Source: Clostridia bacterium
Lineage (GTDB): Bacteria > Bacillota > Clostridia > UMGS1883 > UMGS1540
Reading direction: 5' to 3'
NCBI GenBank assembly: GCA_045533905.1
Contig: JAZSIR010000002.1
Location: forward strand, 14,622-78,621
DNA: 64,000 nucleotides
Shown: in pieces, positions 9,640-18,440 of the stretch
Layout of the letters: each line of letters begins with the position of its first letter
Numbering within the stretch: the stretch's first letter is position 1
Position numbers and translations under genes: made by a program
Notes under the pieces: model-generated
The model's database searches: none
What the model saw: only the letters and a program-made list of their open reading frames with translations
Told to the model about the DNA's origin: nothing

Positions 9640-9676
9640 CATTATTCGGGGAACTCTAAGGAAAGGGGCGCTCATT

Positions 9677-10189
9677 ATGAAAACAAAAATCACTACAAGA
9701 AGCTTGGTTTTTGCCGGGCTTTTAATCGCACTCGAAATTATTTTAACGCGTTTTGTGCAAATTCCTGTGCCTCTTTTTGAAACCTCGAAGGACCGCATCA
9801 GCCTCGGCTTTCTGCCGATAGCCGTTTCCGGCATGCTCTACGGTCCTTTCGGCGGCGGGCTTGTGGCCGCGCTTTCAGATATTATCCGCGCCCTTATCTT
9901 GCCGCAGGGCGGCGCACTCAATCCGCTTTTCACGCTCACGGCTACGCTTCGGGGTGTATTATACGGGATATTTTTATATAAGCGCCCATCCCTCGTTCGT
10001 ATTTTGATCGTTTCGTTTATCATTTGTATTTTTGTAAATATTGGTCTCAATTCCGCCATCACCGCTTTTTCCTACGGCGGCACATTCCCAGCACGTGTTC
10101 TCACAAAAAGCTGGCCGGCACTTGTAAATTGCCTTTTGCAGGCACTTTTATTACCGGCCGCGCTCCCGCGGATTGAAAGGAGCCTTTAA
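9677..10189 (+). CDS. ECF transporter S component (FolT-like)
   Basis: LLIALEIILTRF, RISLGFLP, LYGP..GG..A..SD; about six TM segments; GGGG RBS before ATG 9677. Confidence 0.8.
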   Translation: MKTKITTRSLVFAGLLIALEIILTRFVQIPVPLFETSKDRISLGFLPIAVSGMLYGPFGGGLVAALSDIIRALILPQGGALNPLFTLTATLRGVLYGIFLYKRPSLVRILIVSFIICIFVNIGLNSAITAFSYGGTFPARVLTKSWPALVNCLLQALLLPAALPRIERSL

Positions 10190-10193
10190 AGCT

Positions 10194-11450
10194 ATGTACG
10201 AAAACCAAAAAGAAATTGACCGCGCCATTTTAGTGGGCGCACATCGCGACCTTCGCGATGCACTTTCCGACACTACGGAAGAATCTATGCACGAGCTTTC
10301 TGAGCTTGCCGAAACGGCAGGCGCAGCGGTCCTCGGCGAAATTGTGCAAAACCGCGACGCGGTTGACAAAGCCACCTACATCGGTGAAGGGAAGCTTTTG
10401 GAAGTGCGCGAAATGGCAGAAAATCTCGAGGCCAATCTTCTGATTTTTGACGATGAGCTTTCCGGCTCCCAGCTTCGAAACATTGAAAACATCACGGGGT
10501 GCCACGTTATCGACCGAAGCGCCCTCATTCTTGATATTTTTGCAGGCCGTGCGCTTTCGGGCGAAGGCAAACTGCAGGTAGAGCTTGCACAGCTTAAGTA
10601 CAGCCTGCCGCGGCTTACGGGCGGCTATGCCTCGCTTTCAAGACAGGGCGGCGGCATCGGCACGCGCGGCCCCGGCGAAACGAAGCTTGAATCGGACCGC
10701 CGTCACATTCGAAGCCGCATCGGCGCACTCGAAAAAGAAATCGAAGAGCTTTCGCGCCACCGCGAATTGCTTCGCGCAAGAAGGCGCAAAAACGAAGTGC
10801 CCACAGCGGCACTTGTCGGTTACACGAATGCCGGCAAATCCTCTCTTTTAAATGCACTCACAGATGCCGGTGTTTTAGCGGAAAATATGCTTTTTGCAAC
10901 GCTTGACCCCACGGTGCGCGCACTCGTGATGGAAGACGGACGCGAGTCGCTTCTCATTGACACGGTAGGGTTTATCCGCAAGCTTCCGCATCATCTCATC
11001 GAAGCCTTTAAATCGACGCTGGAGGAAGCCGTTACGGCAGATGTTCTCCTCCACGTCATTGACGCTTCCAACCCCGAAATGGAAAACCAGATTTCTGTTG
11101 TGGAATCGCTTCTTCTTTCGCTCGGCTGTGAGGACAAGCCGATTATTTCCGTATATAACAAGTGCGACATTGCCGGCTTTACGCCGCGGCCGTCTCATCC
11201 CCAGAAATCCGTATATATTTCCGCCAAAACCGGAGAGGGTCTTCCCGAGCTTTTAAAGATACTCGATGACCTTTTGCCCGGCAAACGCCGCCGTATGGAC
11301 CTTTTAATTCCGTATACGGACGGCGGCGCCCTCCATATTCTCAGAACGGACGGCGAGCTTTTATCGGAAGAATACACGCCCGACGGCATTGCCGTTTCCT
11401 GCATGGCAGATGCGGCCCTGTATTCGGCGTTTCAAAAATATCTGCGGTAG
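10194..11450 (+). CDS. hflX: GTPase HflX
   Basis: GTRGPGETKLE, GYTNAGKSS, FATLDPT, DTVGF, NKCD. Confidence 0.96.
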   Translation: MYENQKEIDRAILVGAHRDLRDALSDTTEESMHELSELAETAGAAVLGEIVQNRDAVDKATYIGEGKLLEVREMAENLEANLLIFDDELSGSQLRNIENITGCHVIDRSALILDIFAGRALSGEGKLQVELAQLKYSLPRLTGGYASLSRQGGGIGTRGPGETKLESDRRHIRSRIGALEKEIEELSRHRELLRARRRKNEVPTAALVGYTNAGKSSLLNALTDAGVLAENMLFATLDPTVRALVMEDGRESLLIDTVGFIRKLPHHLIEAFKSTLEEAVTADVLLHVIDASNPEMENQISVVESLLLSLGCEDKPIISVYNKCDIAGFTPRPSHPQKSVYISAKTGEGLPELLKILDDLLPGKRRRMDLLIPYTDGGALHILRTDGELLSEEYTPDGIAVSCMADAALYSAFQKYLR

Positions 11451-11459
11451 GAGGCTTCT

Positions 11460-12107
11460 ATGCAGAACTACAAAACTGTGGCAGAGGAAGCCACTTCGGA
11501 ATTTACAGAAAAACGCTCGCGTTTTATCGCACAGGTAGCACCCGTTAAAAACGAAGACGAGGCGCTTGCCTTTTTAGCCTCCGTGCGCGCAAAGCACCGT
11601 GAGGCACGGCACAACGTGTATGCCTACATCTGCCGCGAAAATAATATCAGCCGCTATAGTGATGACGGCGAACCCTCGGGAACTGCAGGGCTTCCCGTTT
11701 TAAACGTGCTCACGCGGCAGGGACTTACCGACGTGTGCGTGGTGGTTACGCGCTATTTCGGCGGCATTCTGCTCGGTGCCGGCGGTCTTGCCCGTGCCTA
11801 CGGCAAAAGCGCGGCGGACGGGGTACTCTCGGCCGGCCTTTGCGAGATGGTCTATTCCACCCGTTTCACCATTACAGTGGAGTACCCGCAACTTGCCAAA
11901 ATTCAGCACGTACTTCGCGAGAAAAACTTTCAGATTTTAGATACGGAATTTTTTGAAAAACCTGTGATTACCGCTTGCACGGAAGAAGGGCGCGCGGAGG
12001 AGCTTCGTGCACTTTTAACCGATACGGCAAACGGCAAAATCGAAATTGCGGAAGGCGAGAGCGAATACTGTGCCCGCCCTCTTTCCAAAGGAGATATAGA
12101 AATATGA
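11460..12107 (+). CDS. yigZ: YigZ/IMPACT family protein
   Basis: KRSRFIA, HNVYAY, DDGEPSGTAG, RYFGGILLGAGGLARAY. Confidence 0.93.
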   Translation: MQNYKTVAEEATSEFTEKRSRFIAQVAPVKNEDEALAFLASVRAKHREARHNVYAYICRENNISRYSDDGEPSGTAGLPVLNVLTRQGLTDVCVVVTRYFGGILLGAGGLARAYGKSAADGVLSAGLCEMVYSTRFTITVEYPQLAKIQHVLREKNFQILDTEFFEKPVITACTEEGRAEELRALLTDTANGKIEIAEGESEYCARPLSKGDIEI

Positions 12108-12598
12108 ACCCGATTCGCGTCTGTTTTACGGGGCACAGAATCATCCCGAAAAAAGATATGGCGCCTCTTCTCGCGGCTATACGCGAAACAGTTCGCGGCC
12201 TATTGGAGGGCGGCGCCGAAGAATTTCTTACCGGCGGCGCGCTTGGGTTTGACACGCTCGTAGCCGAAGAAGTGCTCCGCCAAAAGCGCGACTTTCCGGA
12301 TGCCAAACTTGTGCTCGTGCTCCCCTGCCGTGACCAGGCGGCCCGCTGGACACCGCGGCAAAAAGAAACGTATGCCGCCATTTTAGAAAAGGCGGACCGC
12401 GTGGAATGTCTTTTTGAAAACTACGTACCCGGCTGTATGCATATGCGAAACCGCTATATGGTGGACCACGCCGATGTATGTGCGGCGTACCTCCAAAACG
12501 AAAAAAGCGGTACGGCGTACACGGTGCACTATGCCCGCGAAAAAGGCGTTCGCATTTTATTTATTCCTAAAAAGGAGGAAACTCTATGGGAAATTTAG
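12104..12598 (+). CDS. SLOG/YpsA-like (DUF1273) protein
   Basis: FTGHR, GGALGFD, RNRYMVD, SGTAYTV. ATGA overlap with yigZ. Confidence 0.85.
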   Translation: MNPIRVCFTGHRIIPKKDMAPLLAAIRETVRGLLEGGAEEFLTGGALGFDTLVAEEVLRQKRDFPDAKLVLVLPCRDQAARWTPRQKETYAAILEKADRVECLFENYVPGCMHMRNRYMVDHADVCAAYLQNEKSGTAYTVHYAREKGVRILFIPKKEETLWEI

Positions 12599-13440
12599 CA
12601 GACCCGCGTTATATCCGCGCGCTTTGTGAAAAATATAATTTCCGTCTCAAAAAAGCACTCGGGCAAAATTTCTTGCATGACCGCTCGGTGCTCGATGCGA
12701 TTGTGGAGGCGGCCGTACCAGACGGCGGCGGTGCGCTTGAAATCGGCCCCGGCTTTGGCGTTTTGACCGAGGCGCTTTCTGAGAAAGCCGAAAAGGTCGT
12801 AGCGATTGAAATTGACACGCAGCTTCTGCCTGTTCTTTCGGAAACGCTGGCAGCGTGCCCCAACACGCACATTGTTTCAGGAGACGTTTTAAAGCTTAAT
12901 CTCCCTGCACTTATAGAAGAACATTTCGGGGATATGCCCGTTTCTGTGGCAGCAAATCTCCCCTACTATATTACCACCCCGATTCTTCTTGCGCTTCTTT
13001 CCCAAAACCTTCCGTTTGAGAGAATTGTGGTTATGATGCAAAAAGAGGTGGCGGACCGCATCATGGCCGCGCCCGGCGGCAAGGACTACGGCGCACTTAC
13101 CGTGGCGGTACAATACCGCTGCGATGTTAGCCGCGTTTGCCGCGTGCCTGCTTCGTCCTTTGTGCCGCCCCCGAAGGTGGATTCGGAAGTGCTTTGCCTT
13201 ACAAAGCGCGAAAAACCGCGAGCCACGCCGCGGGACGAAGCACACTTCTTCGCTCTTGTCAAGGCCGTTTTCGCGCAAAGACGGAAAACGCTTGTAAACG
13301 GCCTTGCAAATGCCGGCCGTTTCGGCGCAAAGGAAGAAATTTCGGCGGCCGTGGAATCTATGGGTCTTTCCCCCACCGTACGCGGCGAAACGCTTTCGAT
13401 TGAAACGCTCTCCGCCCTCTCGGATGCGCTTTTGAAATAA
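12586..13440 (+). CDS. rsmA: 16S rRNA m6,6A dimethyltransferase
   Basis: GQNFL, EIGPGFG, ANLPYYIT, MQKEV, PPPKVDS, QRRK. Confidence 0.96.
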   Translation: MGNLADPRYIRALCEKYNFRLKKALGQNFLHDRSVLDAIVEAAVPDGGGALEIGPGFGVLTEALSEKAEKVVAIEIDTQLLPVLSETLAACPNTHIVSGDVLKLNLPALIEEHFGDMPVSVAANLPYYITTPILLALLSQNLPFERIVVMMQKEVADRIMAAPGGKDYGALTVAVQYRCDVSRVCRVPASSFVPPPKVDSEVLCLTKREKPRATPRDEAHFFALVKAVFAQRRKTLVNGLANAGRFGAKEEISAAVESMGLSPTVRGETLSIETLSALSDALLK

Positions 13441-13462
13441 AATAAAAATTCCAAAAAAAGTA

Positions 13463-13491
13463 TTGCAAAAGGTAGAAATTTGTAGTATACT
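13463..13491 (+). promoter_or_regulatory. Sigma-A promoter of pckG
   Basis: TTGCAA-N17-TATACT. Confidence 0.65.
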
Positions 13492-13534
13492 ATAGCGTAA
13501 GAAAATTTGAACTTATGCAAAGGAGTGTTTTGAA

Positions 13535-15307
13535 ATGACAACAAACCAGAGTGTCAAAGCATGGCTCGACGATATGGTCAGCATGTGCAAACCGGACGAA
13601 ATCGTTTGGATTGACGGCAGCGAAGAACAGCTCGAAGCTCTTCGTCGCGAAGCTGTAGCATCCGGCGAAATCATCAAACTGAATGAAGAAAAGCTTCCCG
13701 GCTGCTACTACCACAGAACAGCTGAGAATGACGTTGCTCGTGTAGAGGACAGAACCTTTATCTGCGCACGTACAAAGGAAGAAGCAGGCCCGACCAACAA
13801 CTGGATGGATCCCGCTGAAATGTACGCAAAGCTTCGCAACCTCTACAACGGCTCTATGAAGGGTCGCACCATGTATGTAGTTCCCTACTCCATGGGCCCC
13901 ATCGGCTCCCCGTTCTCCAAGATCGGTATTGAGCTTACCGATAGCATTTATGTTGTTCTCAACATGGCTATCATGACACGCGTAGGTGCCAAGGTTATGG
14001 AATGCCTCGGTGACAGCGCTGACTTTGTAAAGTGTCTCCACGCAAAGAAGGATGTAAATCCGGAAGAACGCTACATCGTACAGTTCCCGCAGGATGCAAC
14101 CATCTGGTCCATCCAGTCCGCTTACGGCGGCAACGTTCTCCTCGGCAAGAAGTGCTTCGCACTTCGTATCGCTTCTTACCTCGGTAAGCAGGAAGGCTGG
14201 ATGGCAGAACATATGCTCATCCTCGGTCTTGAAAACCCGAAGGGCGAAGTTAAGTACATCGCTGCAGCATTCCCGTCTGCTTGCGGTAAAACAAACCTCG
14301 CTATGCTCATTCCGCCGGAATACCTCAAGGAAAAGGGCTACAAAGTATGGACTGTTGGTGACGACATTGCATGGCTCCGCATCGGCGAAGATGGCAGACT
14401 CTATGCTATCAACCCCGAAGCAGGTTTCTTCGGTGTTGCCCCCGGCACCAGCGAAAAGACAAACTTCAACGCTCTCGCTTCTACCCGTCAGGGCACAATC
14501 TTTACAAACGTTGCTATCAACAATGAAGATATGACTGTATGGTGGGAAGGTCTCGATAAGAACCCGCCGAAGGATGCAACCGAATGGAAGGGCTCCGTTG
14601 TAGACGGCAAGGAATTCACTGCAGCCGGCAACAAGCTTGCTCACCCGAACTCCCGCTTTACTGCACCGGCTAAGAACTGCCCCTGCATCTCTCCGGAATT
14701 TGAAAATCCCGCAGGTGTTCCGATTTCCGCAATCGTATTCGGCGGCAGACGTGCAAAGACCGCTCCGCTCGTATACCAGGCAAGAGATTGGGAACACGGT
14801 GTATTCGTAGGTGCTACTATGGCATCCGAAACCACCGCAGCTGCTGCCGGTCAGGTTGGTGTTGTTCGCCGCGACCCGATGGCTATGAAGCCGTTCGCTG
14901 GCTACAACATGGCAGACTACTTTGCACACTGGCTTGAAATGGGCGAAAAGCTTGGCGATAAGGCTCCGTCCATCTTCCACGTAAACTGGTTCCGTCAGGA
15001 CGAAGAAGGCAACTTCATGTGGCCGGGCTTTGGCGACAACATGCGCGTTCTGAACTGGATCCTCGATCGTTGCGAAGGCAAGGCAGAGGCTACAGAAACT
15101 GCAATCGGTTACCTGCCGAAGGCCGCTGACCTTGACCTTACAGGTCTTGACATTGATGCTGCTACTCTCGAAGAACTCCTCAGCGTTGACAAGGCTGTTT
15201 GGAGCGGTGAAGTTGACGGCATCCGCGAATACTTCGCACAGTTTGGCGACAGACTGCCGAAGGCAATCGCTGACCAGCTCGCTATCCTCGAAAACAACCT
15301 CAAATAA
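13535..15307 (+). CDS. pckG: Phosphoenolpyruvate carboxykinase (GTP)
   Basis: DVARVE, GKKCFALR, AFPSACGKTN, VGDDIAW, HPNSRF, FHVNWFR, WPGFGDN. Confidence 0.97.
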   Translation: MTTNQSVKAWLDDMVSMCKPDEIVWIDGSEEQLEALRREAVASGEIIKLNEEKLPGCYYHRTAENDVARVEDRTFICARTKEEAGPTNNWMDPAEMYAKLRNLYNGSMKGRTMYVVPYSMGPIGSPFSKIGIELTDSIYVVLNMAIMTRVGAKVMECLGDSADFVKCLHAKKDVNPEERYIVQFPQDATIWSIQSAYGGNVLLGKKCFALRIASYLGKQEGWMAEHMLILGLENPKGEVKYIAAAFPSACGKTNLAMLIPPEYLKEKGYKVWTVGDDIAWLRIGEDGRLYAINPEAGFFGVAPGTSEKTNFNALASTRQGTIFTNVAINNEDMTVWWEGLDKNPPKDATEWKGSVVDGKEFTAAGNKLAHPNSRFTAPAKNCPCISPEFENPAGVPISAIVFGGRRAKTAPLVYQARDWEHGVFVGATMASETTAAAAGQVGVVRRDPMAMKPFAGYNMADYFAHWLEMGEKLGDKAPSIFHVNWFRQDEEGNFMWPGFGDNMRVLNWILDRCEGKAEATETAIGYLPKAADLDLTGLDIDAATLEELLSVDKAVWSGEVDGIREYFAQFGDRLPKAIADQLAILENNLK

Positions 15308-15321
15308 GAAGTGTTTTTAAG

Positions 15322-15354
15322 AAAGGCGCTGCACAAAATGTGCGGCGCCTTTTT
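15322..15354 (+). terminator. Intrinsic terminator after pckG
   Basis: aaaggcgctgcaca/tgtgcggcgccttt stem followed by T tract. Confidence 0.8.
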
Positions 15355-15385
15355 AGTGTGTCGATACAGTCGACACACTAAAAAG
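15349..15385. repeat. Perfect 16-bp inverted repeat
   Basis: ctttttagtgtgtcga-tacag-tcgacacactaaaaag. Confidence 0.8.
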
Positions 15386-15591
15386 ACTTCGAAAAACGAA
15401 GGTATATTTTGCGAAATCGTTTTCGTCGGCGTACGTTGGTACGGCAGAGAACGATTTCGTAAAAAGCAAGAAATGAGGGAGATTCTTAAAAAATTCCGTC
15501 ATTCAATTTATACTTCTTTGCGGGCGGAAAACAGTTGCACAAAGTGTTTATGAAAATATTCTTGCGGTAGAGCGCGTTTTTCGGCAGTCTG
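15384..15591. repeat. Dispersed ~200-bp structured repeat, copy 1 (MITE-like or ncRNA)
   Basis: Clearly homologous to 26144-26342; imperfect terminal inverted repeats agac.tcgaaaaac...gtttttcggcagtctg. Confidence 0.85.
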
Positions 15592-15654
15592 GAAAGACGC
15601 TGCAAATTGTGGCGCCTTTTTTGTATGCCTTCTTTCTAAAAAACGAAAAAAGGG

Positions 15655-15683
15655 TTTACAAACTGCTTTCGATGTGATAAAAT
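15655..15683 (+). promoter_or_regulatory. Sigma-A promoter of mgtE
   Basis: TTTACA-N17-TAAAAT with TG extension; implies a ~200-nt 5' leader. Confidence 0.6.
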
Positions 15684-15689
15684 AACTAT

Positions 15690-15888
15690 ATCGGCAAAAT
15701 ATGCCGACAGTACAGTGAAAAGGATGTGAGTTTGTGGACGGATACCCCGGTCGATTATGTGATTTCTATACCTCGGGGATGTCTGTTCGCTAACGGCTGC
15801 TTCCCCGAAATGGCTTTCGGGCCGGAAGATAAGGCGCAATGCCTTTTGTCTCCGGCTTTGTTGCCGATTTTGAAGGGAGGCTATTTTT
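15690..15888 (+). promoter_or_regulatory. Structured 5' leader of mgtE (candidate cis-regulatory RNA)
   Basis: Several helices, alternative pairings and an anti-SD segment; see findings. Confidence 0.5.
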
Positions 15889-17223
15889 ATGCTTACAAAC
15901 ATCTTAGAACTTTTGAAAACGCGGCAATTTGCAGCACTTCGCACAGAACTTGCGGAAATTAATATTGTCGACGTTGCAGAGCTTTTTGACACACTCTCGG
16001 AAACGGATTCGGTTCTCGTGTTCCGCCTTCTGCCGAAGGAAACTGCGGCGGACGTATTCAGTTATATGGAGCCCGACGCGCAACGGCGGATTGTGGAAGG
16101 GATTACTGACCACGAGCTTTCGGGTATTATTGACGATCTTTTCCTCGACGACGCGGTTGACTTTATTGAGGAAATGCCGGCAAACGTGGTAAAGCGTGTT
16201 CTGAAAAGTGCAGACGGGCAAAAGCGTGCGCTCATAAACCGCTTCCTCCGCTATGAGGAGGATTCTGCCGGCAGTCTTATGACGATTGAGTTTGTCGGTC
16301 TCAAAAAAGAAATGACTGTCTCGGCTGCTTTTGAAACGATTCGCCGTACGGGCCCTGATAAAGAAACGATTTACACGTGCTACGTTATGGACGAAAACCG
16401 AAAGCTCGAAGGCATCGTGACCGTCAAGGACCTTCTCTTAAGTGATATGGATGCCCGCATCGGCGACATTATGGACACGCAGGTTATCTATGTTTCCACC
16501 GATGAAGATAAAGAAGCGATTGCAAACATCTTCCAGAAATATGACTTCCTCTCCCTCCCGGTTGTAGACCGCGAGAGAAGGCTCGTCGGCATCATCACGA
16601 TTGATGACGCGGTGGAAGTACTCCAGCAGGAAAACACCGAGGACTTCGAGCTTATGGCGGCCGTTACGCCTTCGGAAGCGCCCTATCTCAAAACCGGTGT
16701 TTTCAGCCACGCGAAGCGCCGTGTGGTGTGGCTTCTCCTTCTTATGCTGGCCTCGGCACTTGCCGGCGCCATCTTAACACGCTTTCAGAACGCTTTTGCG
16801 GTTATGCCCATTTTAGTTACATTTATCCCGATGCTTATGAACACCGGCGGTAATTGCGGCTCGCAGGCGTCAACGCTTATCATCCGCGGTCTCTCGCTCG
16901 GCGAAATCTGTGGGCGCGATACGCTTCGGGTATGGTGGCGTGAGGTGCGCGTGGCAGTTCTCTGCGGCGTTGCGCTGGCAATTGTAAACCTTCTCCGCAT
17001 CTGGATTTTCTATGACGAAGCATTCCTTCTGGGCCTTGTAGTAAGCCTCAGCCTTCTGATGACATGTGTAATTGCCAAATCCTTCGGCTGTCTACTGCCC
17101 ATCGGGGCAAAAAAGCTTGGGCTTGACCCGGCCATTATGGCCTCGCCTATCATTACCACGCTCGTGGATATCTGTGCATTGGCCTTATACTTTTCCGTAG
17201 CCAAATTCATCCTCCAAATTTAA
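15889..17223 (+). CDS. mgtE: Magnesium transporter MgtE
   Basis: N-domain, tandem CBS domains (ETIYTCYV, GIITIDD), TGGNCGSQ, DPAIMASPIITTLVD. Confidence 0.96.
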   Translation: MLTNILELLKTRQFAALRTELAEINIVDVAELFDTLSETDSVLVFRLLPKETAADVFSYMEPDAQRRIVEGITDHELSGIIDDLFLDDAVDFIEEMPANVVKRVLKSADGQKRALINRFLRYEEDSAGSLMTIEFVGLKKEMTVSAAFETIRRTGPDKETIYTCYVMDENRKLEGIVTVKDLLLSDMDARIGDIMDTQVIYVSTDEDKEAIANIFQKYDFLSLPVVDRERRLVGIITIDDAVEVLQQENTEDFELMAAVTPSEAPYLKTGVFSHAKRRVVWLLLLMLASALAGAILTRFQNAFAVMPILVTFIPMLMNTGGNCGSQASTLIIRGLSLGEICGRDTLRVWWREVRVAVLCGVALAIVNLLRIWIFYDEAFLLGLVVSLSLLMTCVIAKSFGCLLPIGAKKLGLDPAIMASPIITTLVDICALALYFSVAKFILQI

Positions 17224-17235
17224 GAAAAGCAGCGC

Positions 17236-17264
17236 AAAAAGCGGCAAAATTTGCCGCTTTTTTT
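17236..17264 (+). terminator. Intrinsic terminator after mgtE
   Basis: aaaaagcggcaaa/tttgccgcttttt plus T tract. Confidence 0.8.
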
Positions 17265-17390
17265 GTTTTTCCGCGCGGCACCTGTTTTTGGGGTGCCGGG
17301 CGGCCTTTTTTTGAAAAAATTCCCTATTTTTTACAGTGTTTTTTCGAATTTTGTAAACCTTAATTTTTACTATAAAACCGCGCTTTATAG

Positions 17391-17486
17391 TTTTCCACAT
17401 TTTTTAGCATAACCCCCTCAAAACTATGTGGAAAGTGTGGATAACTTCGCGAATAACTTGAAAAATCGCACTTTTTTTGTGGAAAA
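17391..17486. promoter_or_regulatory. DnaA-box cluster
   Basis: TTTTCCACA (17391), TGTGGAAAG (17427), TGTGGATAA (17436), TGTGGAAAA (17478) within an AT-rich intergenic region. Confidence 0.6.
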
Positions 17487-17570
17487 CTTTTCTGCCCCTT
17501 CTATTCATCATTTTTACTTTCTTGTCATTAGGTTTACATAATTATTTCAATTTTCTTCCAAAAAAATCCA

Positions 17571-17623
17571 TTCGACAAAAGCAGTGATTTTTCGCGGAAG
17601 GAATCGCTTTTTTGGTGCAGAAT
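17571..17623 (+). promoter_or_regulatory. Spo0A box plus sigma-H promoter of the spoIIA operon
   Basis: TTCGACA (reverse TGTCGAA 0A box) at 17571-17577; AGGA(17599)-N17-GAAT(17620), the arrangement known for spoIIA promoters. Confidence 0.7.
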
Positions 17624-17672
17624 ACTCCATTTATCTTTCATTTTTAAGAAAGGTTTGAAAAGGAGGATTTTT

Positions 17673-18008
17673 ATGGAACTTACTTGCAAAACTACAGGGC
17701 GTGCGCTCGTGGCTTCCCTCTCGGGAGAGCTCGACCATCATAACGCCGCACGTGTGCGCGGAGAACTTGAGAGCCGCTTTGCCGCTGCGGGCCTGCAAAA
17801 TCTTATTTTTGACCTTGCCGAGCTCTCTTTTATGGACAGCTCGGGACTTGGCATTTTAATCGGGCGGTTCAAAACGGTTTCTGCACTCGGCGGCGAGGTG
17901 CGGATTGCCGCCCCGAGCGAGCAGGCGGAAAGACTTCTCCGCCTTGCAGGCATTCACAAAATCATTCCGATTTTTCCGTCGCTTTCGGAAGCGGCGGCAG
18001 GACTTTGA
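17673..18008 (+). CDS. spoIIAA: Anti-sigma-F factor antagonist
   Basis: STAS domain GELDHH, FMDSSGLG; AGGAGG RBS. Confidence 0.95.
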   Translation: MELTCKTTGRALVASLSGELDHHNAARVRGELESRFAAAGLQNLIFDLAELSFMDSSGLGILIGRFKTVSALGGEVRIAAPSEQAERLLRLAGIHKIIPIFPSLSEAAAGL

Positions 18009-18020
18009 GGAGGTGTACAT

Positions 18021-18440
18021 ATGGAAAACAAAGTAAAAATCATTTTTGATGCGCGCTCCGTAAATGAAGGCTTTGCACGTGTGGCAGCTGCCGCCTTTGC
18101 CGCTTCCCTCGACCCTACGGTGGAAGAAATTGCCGATATTAAAACGGCCGTCAGCGAAGCGGTAACAAATGCTATTATCCACGGTTATGAAGGGCGTGGC
18201 GGACGTGTGTATCTGGAAATGACGGCTCTTGGAAATCTTCTGACTTTTACAATCCGTGACCGCGGGCGCGGTATTGCCGATATAGAAAAGGCCATGCGCC
18301 CGCTTTATACCTCAAAACCGCATCTTGAAAGAAGCGGTATGGGCTTTACCGTGATGGAAAGCTTTATGGACAGCCTCGCCGTTTCCTCGGCACCGGGCGC
18401 GGGTACGCGCGTTACGATGACGAAGCGCATCCATGGATAA
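18021..18440 (+). CDS. spoIIAB: Anti-sigma-F factor kinase
   Basis: NEGFAR, KTAVSEAVTNAIIHGY, ERSGMGFTVMESFMD. Confidence 0.96.
   Translation: MENKVKIIFDARSVNEGFARVAAAAFAASLDPTVEEIADIKTAVSEAVTNAIIHGYEGRGGRVYLEMTALGNLLTFTIRDRGRGIADIEKAMRPLYTSKPHLERSGMGFTVMESFMDSLAVSSAPGAGTRVTMTKRIHG

Noticed and set aside
9607-9676. THF riboswitch upstream of the FolT-like gene
   Set aside because: Only 70 nt are available and they are occupied by the tRNA terminator and RBS; no aptamer is visible.
9467-9676. N-terminal extension of the 240-aa ORF
   Set aside because: It runs through the tRNA gene and its promoter; the true start is 9677.
9531-9680. tRNA-Gly as a possible island integration site
   Set aside because: No integrase is adjacent, no duplicated tRNA 3' end was seen, and housekeeping genes follow.
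13490-14980. 496-aa antisense ORF opposite pckG, and similar long antisense ORFs opposite ftsX, hydF, mnmG and the PfoR-like gene
   Set aside because: Shadow ORFs produced by codon bias of the real genes; no RBS or recognisable motifs.
15384-15591. Repeat interpreted as a CRISPR array
   Set aside because: No regularly spaced short direct repeats and no cas genes; it is a dispersed two-copy element.
15701-15718. Tiny uORF MPTVQ in the mgtE leader (MgtL-like leader peptide)
   Set aside because: No SD and only one proline; expected by chance.
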